Shown in pieces: positions 35,601 to 46,837 of a stretch of DNA of 64,000 nt. Made by a program: the position numbers and the translations under genes. Source of the DNA: Takakia lepidozioides (taxonomy: Eukaryota > Plantae > Bryophyta); contig CM060731.1 of assembly GCA_030704615.1 (NCBI GenBank), forward strand, positions 72,664,001-72,728,000, written 5' to 3'. The notes beneath the pieces are model-generated. The model was not told the DNA's origin and searched no databases. It worked only from the letters and a program-made list of their open reading frames with translations. Position 1 is the stretch's first letter. Every line of letters begins with the position of its first letter.

Positions 35601-38285
35601 GTGCCACAAGTTGTTGGGGATAGTGCCGGTTTGAGCACTAGCGATACTAGTGGGTACACGAGACGAGGTGTGCGATTTAGGCCACCTTCACCTCCTGTGT
35701 CTTCTACGGAAGGTTCTGATTCGGATTGTGAATCAGGAGGACTCGTACCGGCGGTGCAAGTGGTTTCCTTGCCATTGTTGTGGGACACAATGGAGGAGAT
35801 GTATGGAGCTACCAAGGGGCTACAAAGGTACTCTGGGGCGGTGGGCACCATCGAGTTGGATGATTTTATCCAAGAGTTTGATAGTTGGTGTGATTTGCAG
35901 CAAATGCGCAATCCACAACTATTTACGCCTTTCATGGCATAGAAGGGGCTATTTCAGTACCTTGAGGGGCCGCCTATGGATGATTACCATGAGTTCAGGC
36001 GGGGGCATGAGGTTGAGATCAAGGAGTAGAGGATGTACTGGTCACCCGACTATGTCTCCATCACTAGGGGCACTAGAGCCACGAGGGCAGTGGCTACACC
36101 TGCCGCTGCACCGGCAGCTTCAGCAAGCAACAGTGGGACTAGTGGGACTGGTGGTACAGTAGCTACAATGTCCACCCAAGCCACTACCGCACCAGCACTA
36201 GTACCCGTGCCTGCCTTCAACCCTATTGTGGAGTTCTTCGAAGAGTTGAGAGGGAACTACCAAAGGGTGATGATAGAGAAGTTGCGAAGCTTGCAAGAGT
36301 TCCAACGGAAGCCAACCGAGAGCTTGAGGAAGGCTTTCACTCGCATGAGGCGCTTGATAAATGTAACCCAAGGGGTTACGGAAGCTTAGGTAGTCCAATT
36401 CTGGTATGGGATATTGGACAAGGAGCTGAGGAGAAGGGTGCGGGATGCAACTCTCCTACAAGCGGCCCAACCCACCTTAGCAAATATGTTTTTGCTGGCA
36501 GAGCGGATAGAGCTCAACATGGTGGAGGAACGAGTGGTCATGGTGGGATTTACTAAGGAGACACCACGGGGTAGTGGTGCTCCTAGCCAACCACTACCTC
36601 AATGTGCTCAAGGCAACAAGGGGGCTCAGGTGAAGCTCAGGGAAGGGCAGAGAGGACCTCAGATGCAGGGGTCTCTCCCTTCATTTGCAGGTCAACAACA
36701 GGGGGATGTGGTGTGCTGGACATGTGGAGGACCCCATGTCAAGAAGGATTGCCCAGAGAGAGGCAAAGGGCCGGCACATGCACAGCCTGCACAGTTGCAG
36801 TGTGGGCATTGTGGCAAGCACGGGCATGGAGAGGCCCAGTGTTATGGTTTGCATCCTGACTTGCGTCCAGGCCAGTTCCAAAGGAACAATGGTGGCCGGA
36901 GGCAAGGTGGAGTAGCCCAGAGAGGACGAGGTGGCCAGGCACGAGGTGCAGGCCAAGGGCAAGCTCAACATGGCCAAGGTCGCTGAGGTCAGGGTGTTGA
37001 CCAAGGCATGGCCAACCGGCTTCAGCAGCTAGAGCAGAGGCTCGCTGCCATGGCTACAGCTCAGGTGGTACCGGCTCCAAGGCCGGATGGTCCACCTCCT
37101 GCTCCTAAGGGAGGAGATATGGGAGGCATGGGATTCAAGTGTGGAGCAGCACTACCACTAGTGCAGGTGGAGTCTGCTGCAGCCGTGACTCGAGGAGCAG
37201 CACGAGTTCTTGAGCCACAAGGTGCAGAGGTGGAGTCGTGGGGAGGCAAGCCGTTACTATGCCATTGGGGAGAGCTACACGGGTAGCACCACTACCTAGT
37301 GTTGCCAAGGCTTTGGCAGCTAGTGTGCTGCTAGGAGCGGCCACATCTATGTGTCAGGCTCCATTGTTCTCGGCTACCATGATTGCGACGCCGGGGGTAA
37401 GACCAGCTGAGGTGTTCAGGCTGGCAGCTACACTCTGTGAGAGTGGGGAGGTTACTTCATCTTCTGCGGAGATAGTGGGAGGTGTAGGGCCAGAGGGATC
37501 CTCGGATTTGAGGGTCAAGACTGCCACGGCGGCGCCATGGCAAGCTGCAGCTGCGGTTGATGGAGCTGCCAGCTAGGCCAGCCATTGAGCGCGCCATGGT
37601 GACACCTGGAGTTGTCATGTTAGACAACCAAGATGGCATTTTCTGTTTAAGTGGACCGGTAGGCAAGAGGTACCGGCCACTGCGAGTCTCGTTGGACTCA
37701 GGAGCTCAGCCATTGATGCTGGGCAGAGCTACTATTGCAGGCTTGGGCCTCACGGAGGCGGATATGGAGCCTTATCATTTCCAGATACAGACGTCTCTGG
37801 GAGGATCGGAGCAGGCTCGGGGCATGACACGGCGTGAGTTGGCTATCAGACTATGGCCGGATTACCCTACAGATGGCTCAGTGATGCGAGCCAAGGCCAT
37901 TGTGATAGACGCGGTCTCGTACGATGTCCTGGTTGGTGGGGCAATGTTGTACCCCATGGGCTTCACCCTGGATTTTTGGGAGGAGTCAGCTTCTTATAGG
38001 CCTGGATGGCTGTTAGGGGAGGGCCAAAGTATGCAGCTCCCTGTGACGTTTATAGGAGGAGTTGCGGTTGCCCAGCGGGGCAAGATGCCGACACTAGTAG
38101 CATTCACAGCTGCAGTGACTTGGCCTAGAGAGTTGCTTGAGGGAAACGCTCATTCAGAGGATGACATACCTCCGGGAGAACAGGATGACATGTATGATAT
38201 AGCGGAGTTGCCTGCCATGGTTGCTCTGACTCCATTGTGGGGCACGAGCAAGGTTTTGCAGCAGGTTGTTGATCGACGGGTGTAA
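35601..38285 (+). pseudogene. Gag (two CCHC knuckles) and aspartic protease of the DNMT-Gypsy
   Basis: LDDFIQEFDSWC; CWTCGGPHVKKDC; CGHCGKHGHGEAQC; protease SLDSGAQ...YDVLVG; in-frame stops and one frameshifted stretch. Confidence 0.85.
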
Positions 38286-38417
38286 CAAGCCTGGGTGGAG
38301 GCTTTTGTACCATCAGGAGAGGAGGAGACTGCGGGGATTGCACCAAGACCACCTCAGTTGTCTCCATTGGACACCACACCTATTGTGTGGCAGTATCCGG
38401 ATGAAGGCATTTGTTTT

Positions 38418-39350
38418 CTGGACTTGTTTGGCGGGATCAGCACCAGATTGGCTGCTGTATTACAGGCAGATGTACGAGTTCGGCGTTACCTGTATGTGGA
38501 GAGGGATGAGACTGCACGACGCGTTTCACTTCGCCATATTACTCAGTTGGTGCAGCGGTATCCTGAGTTGTTGCCGGTGGCTGTAGTTCGTGGATATTAG
38601 CAGGCCTTGCCAGCAGACATTTTGATGATGGGGGCGCAGGATTTGGAGCGGGTTGGGTCCATTGATCTGGTAGTGGCAGGTTGGCCTTGCCAAGGGCATT
38701 CATCAGCCGGGCATAGCAATGGATTGCGAGACTCGACGTTGGGTCTGCTTTGGAAGATGGTGCGGGTTTTGCGCCACTTGCAGGTTTATCAAGCTGTATC
38801 TCCAGCATACATCTTGGAGAATGTGCCACTGATGGGCGATTCTCGGGCCAGGGTGATGGCCAGTGTGCATCAAGTCTGGTCGTGGCTTGGGTCAGCAGTG
38901 TTGCTAGATGCAGCTACAGTGGGGTCACGGGCTCATCGTCCACGGCTATGGTGGACTAACTTGATGCCACCCGCACTGCTCAAGCGTGCATTTGATGGGG
39001 TGCAGCGGCCAGCACATCTCACAGTGGATAGCATTCTGGACACAGGGAGGAAGTCTCAGCGTGTGAGACACGATGACCGTTCGCCTTTGGCAGTCGTCAA
39101 CAAGGTGGGTCAACCACGAGCAGCATTACCTACACTGCTCAGCTTCCCAGGATCGCATGCTTTCCGGGATAGTGGACCTGGCCTCCTGTGGGATGCTCAG
39201 TTGCAGCAGTTAGTGGAGTCTAATGCTGACGAAAGTGAGCGGGCAATGGGTTTTACCACTGGTACCACGGCGGTGTCGTCTCTTTCTGAGGCATCACGTC
39301 GTCAAGTGTTGGGGCAAGCAATGGATCTCAATTGCTTGACCTGGATTATC
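38418..39350 (+). CDS. C5-cytosine DNA methyltransferase domain (DNMT3-like) within pol; one premature stop at 38598-38600
   Basis: Motif I LDLFGGIS, II YVERD, IV GWPCQGHS (PCQ at 38685-38693), VI YILENV, VIII AHRPRLWWTN, IX ERAMGF, X RRQVLGQAMD; same reading frame as the protease. Confidence 0.92.
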
Positions 39351-39749
39351 AGCTTGGCTATGGCTGAGCAATGCAGAGTGCGGAGTACACTTCCCTCGAT
39401 GGTCTCTTTGCCTACCGAGATGGTACAGGCAGTGAGTGGGGGCAAGCATGTGAGGACCACGGGGTGCAGGCATCCATGGCACACGTGGGAGGTGCTCGAG
39501 GTTCAGAGGGAGTTGGCAGCCAAGGTGGCGGTGATGGATAATTTTTCTCGGGTGGAGGAAGTCCTTGAGGATGAGATGATGGGGCAGGATGAGGCCTTGT
39601 CACTGACTGAGCAGGTAGGGAGTACTGCTCAAGAGGTTGCAACATAGCAACCACTGGATGCGTCCTCTACCTCTAAGCCCACTGGACTTAAGGTTGCAGT
39701 TACGGAGGACAATTGGGAGCCTGACATTGGACCCATTGTCACCGGAGAA

Positions 39750-42700
39750 GAGAGACGACGTATACGGCGGTTCCTGAGGGCTTACAAGAATTGCTTTGCC
39801 TTCAGTTTGAAGGACTTGGGAGCACTGAAGGGTCAAGAGATCCGTATTGAGTTGGCCACTGACACTCCAATCTTTCGGAGACCCTATAGATACAGTGACA
39901 TGGAGAGGTCTTTGATTCAGATGAGGACTCAAGATCTCTGGGAGGCAGGTTGGGTGGAGCTCTCTGGTGGAGCTCTCTGGTGTAGAGTATGCTTCAGCCA
40001 TAGTGATGTCAGCCAAGAAGGATGTCTATGGCAATTGGACGGAGTGTCGCGCACCTCACTTCGGTAAGCTCCCCCCCCTCAAGTCATAGTTACTCGCTTG
40101 ATGCGCGCGCCTAACTCCCAACCTGGCTGCCGGGCCAACTTGGAGCTTCGGCTGCTCACCGGGACATAACGGTCCCCCCTTAATCTCCCAAAGAATCCTC
40201 CAACGATTTAAAACCAGCGGAATTCCCTTTGGTAGTTGGCAGTCCGGAACAGCTCCCCACTCTTTGGTCGCTTTCCGGCTCGCTCGCTTACTCACTAGCT
40301 TTTGGTCACCAACGGGCTTGCACCGTTCTCGGGGTTACTACTCCCTATATATACTTCTGTAGCTGTCCGCGGGGGTTTCACAAACAACCATGCCATTTTA
40401 TGGCGAACCACCACGAACACCCTCGACTCCCGGTGATGAGTCGCGGTGAGTCTTGGCCCACTCACCAGGGCCCCTATGGACCGTGATGAGTCCCAAGACT
40501 CCCCACGACTCCCACCACGAGGTCTCCGCCCCAGGGTGAGTCCTATGCCACCCCCACTAAGTCCCGCTAAGCTACCACCACCCCTTGTGGAGCCACCCCC
40601 ACCGCAACCCGGTGTGCGGGGCTCCACCTAGTGAGCGCCTCCGCCTCATTGAGTGCTTTGGGCACTCAAGGGTGCTTCAGCCCCCCATACTTATCGCTGC
40701 CACTGCCCCCACCACAGGGGCAGCCCCTCTTGTGTCCCGACCCCCTGCCCTCAAGGCAAAGGGCCGCGACACGGAGAGACGTATGTGCAGTGATTACTGG
40801 CCTGTAAATCGTCAGACCAAGTCCGATAAGTATGCCATGCCAACACCAGAGGAGATCTTTGATGCCATCGGGCATGCTAAGGTCTTTAGCACTTTGGATT
40901 TACAATCCGGATATCACCAATTGCCAATCAAGGAGGCGGACAAGCAGAAGACGACATTCTGGGGGATCAATGAGCACGGCAAGGATTGCCTATATCAGTG
41001 GCGGTTCTTACCATTTAGGCTTAAGAATGCTCCTGCAGAGTTTCAGAGAGTCATGGATAGGATTCTAGCAGGGGTGGACTTTGCTCGGTGCTACATAGAT
41101 GACATCATCATCTTTAGTGTTACGGTGGAGGAGCATGAGAGACACCTTCAGGTGGTATTGGAGCGCTTGAGAGCACACGGATTGAAGTTGCATCCGGGGA
41201 AGTGCAAGTTTTTCCACAACCAGATTGAGTATCTAGGTCACATGATATATCTTGGAGGACTGGGGGTACAGCAAACTAAGGTAGAGGCCATTGCACAAAT
41301 TCCACGCCCCACGGATGTGAGCCGAGTTTGAGCTTTCATGGGGTTGGCAAACTATTATAGACGGTTTGTCAAGGGATTTAGTGCCATTGCAAAGGCTCTA
41401 ACCAAGCTGACCAAGGTGGACCAGGAGTGGCAGTGGGAAGATGAGCAGGAACGAGCTTTTCAAGAGCTCAAGGCAAGGTTGACCTCGGCGCCTATCCTAA
41501 GACGACCTATCAGGGGGCGTCCCTTTCAGCTGCATACGGATTGGAGCATGTTGGGGCTTGGAGCGGTGCTCACACAGGTGGATGATGAGGGAAGAGAGTT
41601 CGTAGTGGCTCATATTAGCCGCTTGAACAACGCTGCAGAGGCTAAGTACAGCTCATATGAGGGAGAGTGCTTAGCTGCAGTGTGGGTTGTGACACACTTC
41701 AGGTGCTATCTATACGGCAATCTTTTCACCTTTGTCACGGATCACCAGCCACTCAAGTGGTTGATGGAGTCAGACAAGCTTACGGGGAAGCTTGCACGGT
41801 GGGCACTCATACTCCAGGAGTATGACTTTCAGGTTGTGCATCGACCGGGTTTGGTCAATCGGGATACGGATGGATTGAGTCGCAATCCATGCACGAGCCA
41901 GCAGGATGACACTGGAGCTCGGTGGCATGGTGAGACGGACGAGGAGATGGTGTCGGGATGGCACGCATCTGCATTTTTGTGTATCTTGGCATCGGGAGGT
42001 CAGGTTAGACCTACAATAGGGATGACTGTAGACGGAGTGTCTGAGGACCCTGAGGCTAGTGATGAGCCAGGTGGTGCCAGAGATATACATGAGGATTCGG
42101 CTGTGTTGGACTACCTCCGCACGGGAGACACGGCAGCCACTACGGCTGCCAGGGAGAGGGATCGGATCTTGCAACGAGCCAAGAGATTCAAGTGGGAGGG
42201 GATACACCTACTTCGAGTGTGGGAGGATGGTCGGGTGAGGATTGTGCCTCACCCCACACAGCGTGCACGGTTAGTGCGGCATGCCCATGAGGAGTTGGGG
42301 CATTTTGGAGTGCGACGCACTCACAGTTTACTGCAGGGGCAGTATTGGTGGCGTGGTATGCATACAAAGGTGCAACAGTTCGTGGCTAGGTGCATGGTGT
42401 GTGACAGGGTGCGTGCTTCATTCAACGCCCAACAGTTGCATCTTTTACCAATCATGGGATTGGGCTACATGTGGAGTCTTGACTTCGCAGGACCGTTGCC
42501 ACTGACTATGCGCCACCACAGATATGTGTTGGTAATGGTGGAGCACTTCTCCAAGTGGATTGAGTTGGTTCCATTGCCTGACAAAGCTAGTGAGGGGGCT
42601 GCGTATGCATTCTTGGATCGTGTGCTTAGCCGATTTGGTGCTCCAGCTGAGGTACTCACGGACCAAGGAGAGAGTTCTTGGGGAGTTTCAGGCTTTGTGT

Positions 42701-43519
42701 GATAAAGCCTTGATAGACCACCGTACCACTTCTCGGGATCATCCTGAGGCCGATGGCTTGGCAGGGAGAGTGGTGTAGACGGTGAAGAGGGGTTTGCGCA
42801 AGTATGGCTTGCAAAAATGACACCTAGGAGATTGGGATCTTCAAGTACCTTGGCTAGCCATGGACTACAGGTTTATCAAGCAAGCATCACTTGCCTTCTT
42901 CTCACCATATTTCCTTCTCTTTGGCCGAGAGCCAGATTTGCCTGCGTCTATTCGCAGGGAGACTGCAGTAATCCTCAACCTTGATGATCCGGATGTGTGG
43001 ACATAAGCATGTGCCCAGCGGGCAGAGTTGTTCAAGAGAGTCATGCCTGTGGCTTTTGAGAATCTTGCTATTGCCCAACACCGAGACACATTGAGGTATG
43101 CCACTATACGTGGAGGGGGATATCGGCCAGGTGTTCGGCGTTTCCACCGTGGGGACTATGTGTATCTGCAGCAGACAGCGCCTACGACCTTGGATATCAC
43201 ATCAGGACGTGTGATTCTAAGGGTCAGAGAGGTGTTTCCTTCAGGAGTGTTGATTCTGGAGGGTCGAGATGGCATGGTATGAAAAGACCATGTGCGTAAT
43301 TGTGCGCCATGTCACCTTCCACATGTGGATGGGAGGATAGATCCCAACCTTGCAGTGGTACCTACAGGATTGCGTTGCATGCTATGTGGGCATGCTCGTG
43401 GTGCCGCCACTATGCTGGTGTGTGATCGATGCTCAAGAGGTTGGCACATGGGATACTTGACACCACCTCTTGAGAGGGTTCCTGATGGAGATTGGTTATG
43501 TCCACACTGCTTGGGATAG
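39750..43519 (+). pseudogene. RT, RNase H, DDE integrase and C-terminal PHD finger of the DNMT-Gypsy
   Basis: STLDLQSGYHQ; CYIDDIIIFS; LHTDWS; EGECLAAVW; VTDHQPL; HEELGHFG..CMVC; WSLDFAGP; VLTDQG; CMLC..CDRC..WHMGY..WLCPHC. Confidence 0.92.
40045..40771. mobile_element. Solo LTR (727 bp) inserted in the RT of the DNMT-Gypsy
   Basis: TGTCGCG...CGCGACA termini; 5-bp TSD CGGAG (40040-40044, 40772-40776); removal restores WTERRMCSDY. Confidence 0.92.
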
Positions 43520-43778
43520 TGACAGTGGATATGACTAGTGGCAGCTCACAAGACATGGGAGGCCAAGCTCATATGAGTCAATACCCGAGATCTCAGGCTC
43601 AAGTTCACAGGTTGCAAGACGACGACTAACGATGGGGCAACTCTTGTACCCGGCCTCTTGATCTATTGAGTTTGAGTGTAGTAGGGACAGTGATGGAGGA
43701 CTTAGTGAGGCTATGGCCACTATCACATCTTGTGGCTACCTGGACTTAGAGGGACCTAAGCGCCAGCTAGGGGGACGA

Positions 43779-43902
43779 TTGTGAGTGGACTAGTGGCAGC
43801 CTAGTGGTGGACTAATGGCTGCACTAGTGGTGACTAGTGTGCACATATGTTGTGTGGTTTGGACAACGATGTAGTTGTGTAGCGATATGTATGCGTACGA
43901 CA
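43779..43902 (+). repeat. Terminal repeat B1, preceded by a polypurine tract
   Basis: Purine-rich AGGGGGACGA (43769-43778), then TTGTGAG...ACGACA; shares both ends with B2. Confidence 0.9.
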
Positions 43903-43904
43903 GT

Positions 43905-44233
43905 TGTCAAGTTATTTTACCACTAGTGTGAAGTTAGCTAGGAAATAGCTAGCTTTTATATATTGACATTTGGGATTGATCCAAGTGTCAATCCAGGGAC
44001 CAATACATGTTTGGGCACCTGACGTTGTTATCTTCACGGCAGATCGCGGTGGGCTCATCTTTCTCGAGTTGAGCTTCACCGCGCCTAGCTATGGTGCCGT
44101 AGTGTGGATTCCCCATGGCGTGGGCTGCACTTGGCTTGACTTGTATTTGAGTGATGAATTTATATATACATGAGTTTATGCTTCAACTTTGTGAGCTCGC
44201 ATGAGCTTGTGCTTGTATTCTTCTTCTTTATCA
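43905..44233 (+). repeat. Terminal repeat A2
   Basis: Direct repeat of 32515-32843, separated from B1 by GT. Confidence 0.95.
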
Positions 44234-44486
44234 TTGTGAGTGGACTAGTGGCTGCACTAGTGGTGACTAGTGGCAGCCTAGTGGTTGGACTAGTGGCTGC
44301 ACTAGTGGTGGCTAATGACAGCCTAATGTTGGACTAGTGGCTGCACTAGTGGTGACTAGTGGTTGTCCAGTGGCAGCCTAGTGGTGCACTAGTGGTGTAC
44401 TAATGATAGACTAGTGTTTGGTGTGCACATATGTTGTGTGGTTTGGACAGCGATGTAGTTGTGTAGCGATATGTATGCGCACGACA
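44234..44486 (+). repeat. Terminal repeat B2 (more ACTAGT units than B1)
   Basis: TTGTGAGTGGACTAGTGG...GCGATATGTATGCGCACGACA, followed by the TSD. Confidence 0.9.
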
Positions 44487-46068
44487 TGCTCTTTCTCGAC
44501 GATCGTATCTTGCGCCAAAAGAAGGGGATGCAGCTTTTGACCAACAAAAATCTATCATCTTGAAACCAACAAATTTTCAATTGAATATGCTATCCATGTC
44601 CACCTATGAGGATGCAGAGATCATAAAGGAGATTCATGAAGCACTGAAGAGCGACCAATTTGCTACGACATTACAAAGTCAACTAAATCGACCTCGAAAT
44701 AACCCACATGTTACAAATGACTTCAAATTCAAAGATGACTTACTTTATTTCAAGGGACTTCTCTATGTACCTTCAGGACCTACACGACTGCGAATTCTTC
44801 AAACATGTCATGATCTTCTTGCTGTAGGACATTTCGGCTTCAACAAAACAATAGAATTGATATACATAGACTATTGATGGCCGCAGATGTGGAAACTCGT
44901 GAAAGACTTTATAAAATCTTGCGACACGTGTGCTAGAGCGAAGGGACCACAACATCGACCTTACAGCCTTCTTCAACCATTACCCATTCCCAATGGTCCA
45001 TGGTCATCCGTGTCTATGGACTTTATTACGGACCTTCCAATTTCCAAGACCACCGACTCAATCCTTTTTATTGTGGATCGTTTTACGAAGATGACACATT
45101 TCATTCCATGTAACAAGACGGTTACGGGCGAGGAAACTGCAAGACTCTTCCTCAATAATATCTACCGCATTCATGGACTCCCGAATGACATCGTATCTGA
45201 TCGAGGACCACAGTTCATATCAAATTTCTGGAGGAGATTATTTCACATATTGGATACTAAGATCAACTCTCTACAGCTAATCATCCACAGACTGATGGTC
45301 AAACCGAACGTGTAAACCAGATTTTGGAGCAGTATTTTCGCTGTACGATAAATTATCACCAAGAAATTTGAATGGACCTTTTGTCATTGGCTGAGTTTGC
45401 CTACAACAACACTATACATTCTTCGACCAAGCAAACTCCATTTTCTCCAATTATGGTCATCATCCTCGAGCAAACATTTTCCACATGAAGACTGTTGGAA
45501 GCCCTGCTGCAGAAAACCTTATTACTCATCTTGCTACGATTCACAAGGAGCTTACATTCCACCTCGCAGAAGCTCAAAAACAATACAAGCATATGAAGAT
45601 CAACATCGCCAACTCCAACCCCAGTTCAAGGTCGGAGATCGTGTGTGGCTTCTTCGACGGGACATACAAATCTCACGACCATCAAGGAAGTTGGATTATC
45701 AACGCCTGGGACCATTCAAAATTATTCGACAAATAAATGCGGTCAGTTTTCGGCTTGAACTCCCACAAAGTATGCGCATCCATCCAGTCTTTCATGTTTT
45801 ATTATTGGAGTTGTATCATCCATCGAATATTCCAGTGAGAGTTTCCGTACCACCTCCACCAATCGAAGTCAATCAGGAAATCGAGTATGAAGTCGACGAA
45901 GTCCTAGACTCTCGCATCAAGTATAAACGTTTTGAGTATTTCGTACATTGGAAAAGCTACGATATCAGCGAACGAACGTAGGAACCTTCATCCAACCTTG
46001 CCAATGCATCTAACAAAGTCCAAGAGTTTCATCAACGATATCCAGCTAAGCCCCGAGCTCCACGTTAA
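44487..46068 (+). pseudogene. Chromovirus integrase and chromodomain (disrupted)
   Basis: CHD..VGHFG; CDTCAR; WSSVSMDFITDLP; IVSDRGPQF; GPF motif (LGPFKII..IHPVFHV); EYEVDEVLDSR..EYFVHWKSY. Confidence 0.93.
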
Positions 46069-46225
46069 TAAGATATCACAACGATGATGTCAGCCAAATT
46101 AGCTTCAAGGTGAAGACTCCACATTCAGTGTATCTTATATACATTAAGGAGAGAGGTTCTCCAACTCTAAGCAAGTCCAAGATCTTACCGCTCCTCGAGG
46201 AATTCGGCGCTAGAGGAGGGGGTGA

Positions 46226-46837
46226 TGTCACGGACATAGTCCAGAGGAACTTACCAGGAGTAAATACCAGAAGTTACCAAGTTACCATGTTACCGAAAGT
46301 TATCATGACTTACCGTGATTTATCATGATTTACCATTACTTACCAAGTTACCGAGAGTTTACCAAATTACCAATAGTAACTTGGGAAACTACTCAGGAAA
46401 CTTCCTTTGGAGGAAACTTTTCCATCAAGATACCTCATTTGCTTAAGGAAGCTTCTCCATCAAGAATCATTTGTTTAATCTTAGAAACTTCTCCAGTAAG
46501 AAACCTCCGTAGGGGAAACTTCTTGGGGAAGCTTCTTAGTAGCCAGTATATATAGGAGACGAGACTGGACACTCTTCAGTCTCGCCAACACAAGTTCAAG
46601 CTACTCTTGTTCCAAGTCCAGTACTCCAGTCCAGCTCCCAGTATCCAGTCCAGTTTCCAGCATTCCAGTATCCGAGTTGAGTTCCAGTATTTTGTACTCT
46701 TGTCCATTGTTATAAAGATCATCTTGATTCATGTTCACCTACCATGCATTCGGCCATGCCGACCTTGACTTCTTGTCTAGTCTTGTATCTCTAGTCTGAT
46801 CTCTTGTTTGTGTTCTGTCATGTTCTCGTCCTTGACA
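46226..46837 (+). repeat. 3' LTR of the chromovirus
   Basis: TGTCACGGAC...CCTTGACA followed by TSD CCTAC. Confidence 0.95.

Larger units (their letters stand above)
32515..44486 (+). mobile_element. Ty3/Gypsy-type retrotransposon encoding a C5 DNA methyltransferase and a PHD finger, with split direct repeats
   Basis: Ends TGTC...GACA; 4-bp TSD TGCT (32511-32514, 44487-44490); removing it restores the host-element codons KSDALSRR. Confidence 0.92.
28933..46837 (+). mobile_element. Full-length Ty3/Gypsy chromovirus (Tcn1-like), interrupted by a nested element
   Basis: TG..CA LTRs at 28933-29542 and 46226-46837; 5-bp TSD CCTAC (28928-28932, 46838-46842); PPT AGAGGAGGGGGTGA at 46212-46225; gag-PR-RT-RH-INT-chromodomain. 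Confidence 0.95.

Noticed and set aside
38418-39647. Methyltransferase as bacterial contamination or a restriction-modification system
   Set aside because: It is in frame with a retroviral-type protease inside a TSD-flanked element among intron-containing plant genes, and no restriction enzyme is present.
32515-44233. A1 and A2 as conventional LTRs
   Set aside because: No PPT precedes A2 and no TSD follows it; the TSD and the restored host frame lie after B2.
32515-44486. DIRS/Ngaro/PAT classification based on the split repeats and a methyltransferase
   Set aside because: No tyrosine-recombinase motifs seen; the integrase is HHCC plus DDE type, a TSD is present, and the MTase is C5 rather than Dam-like.
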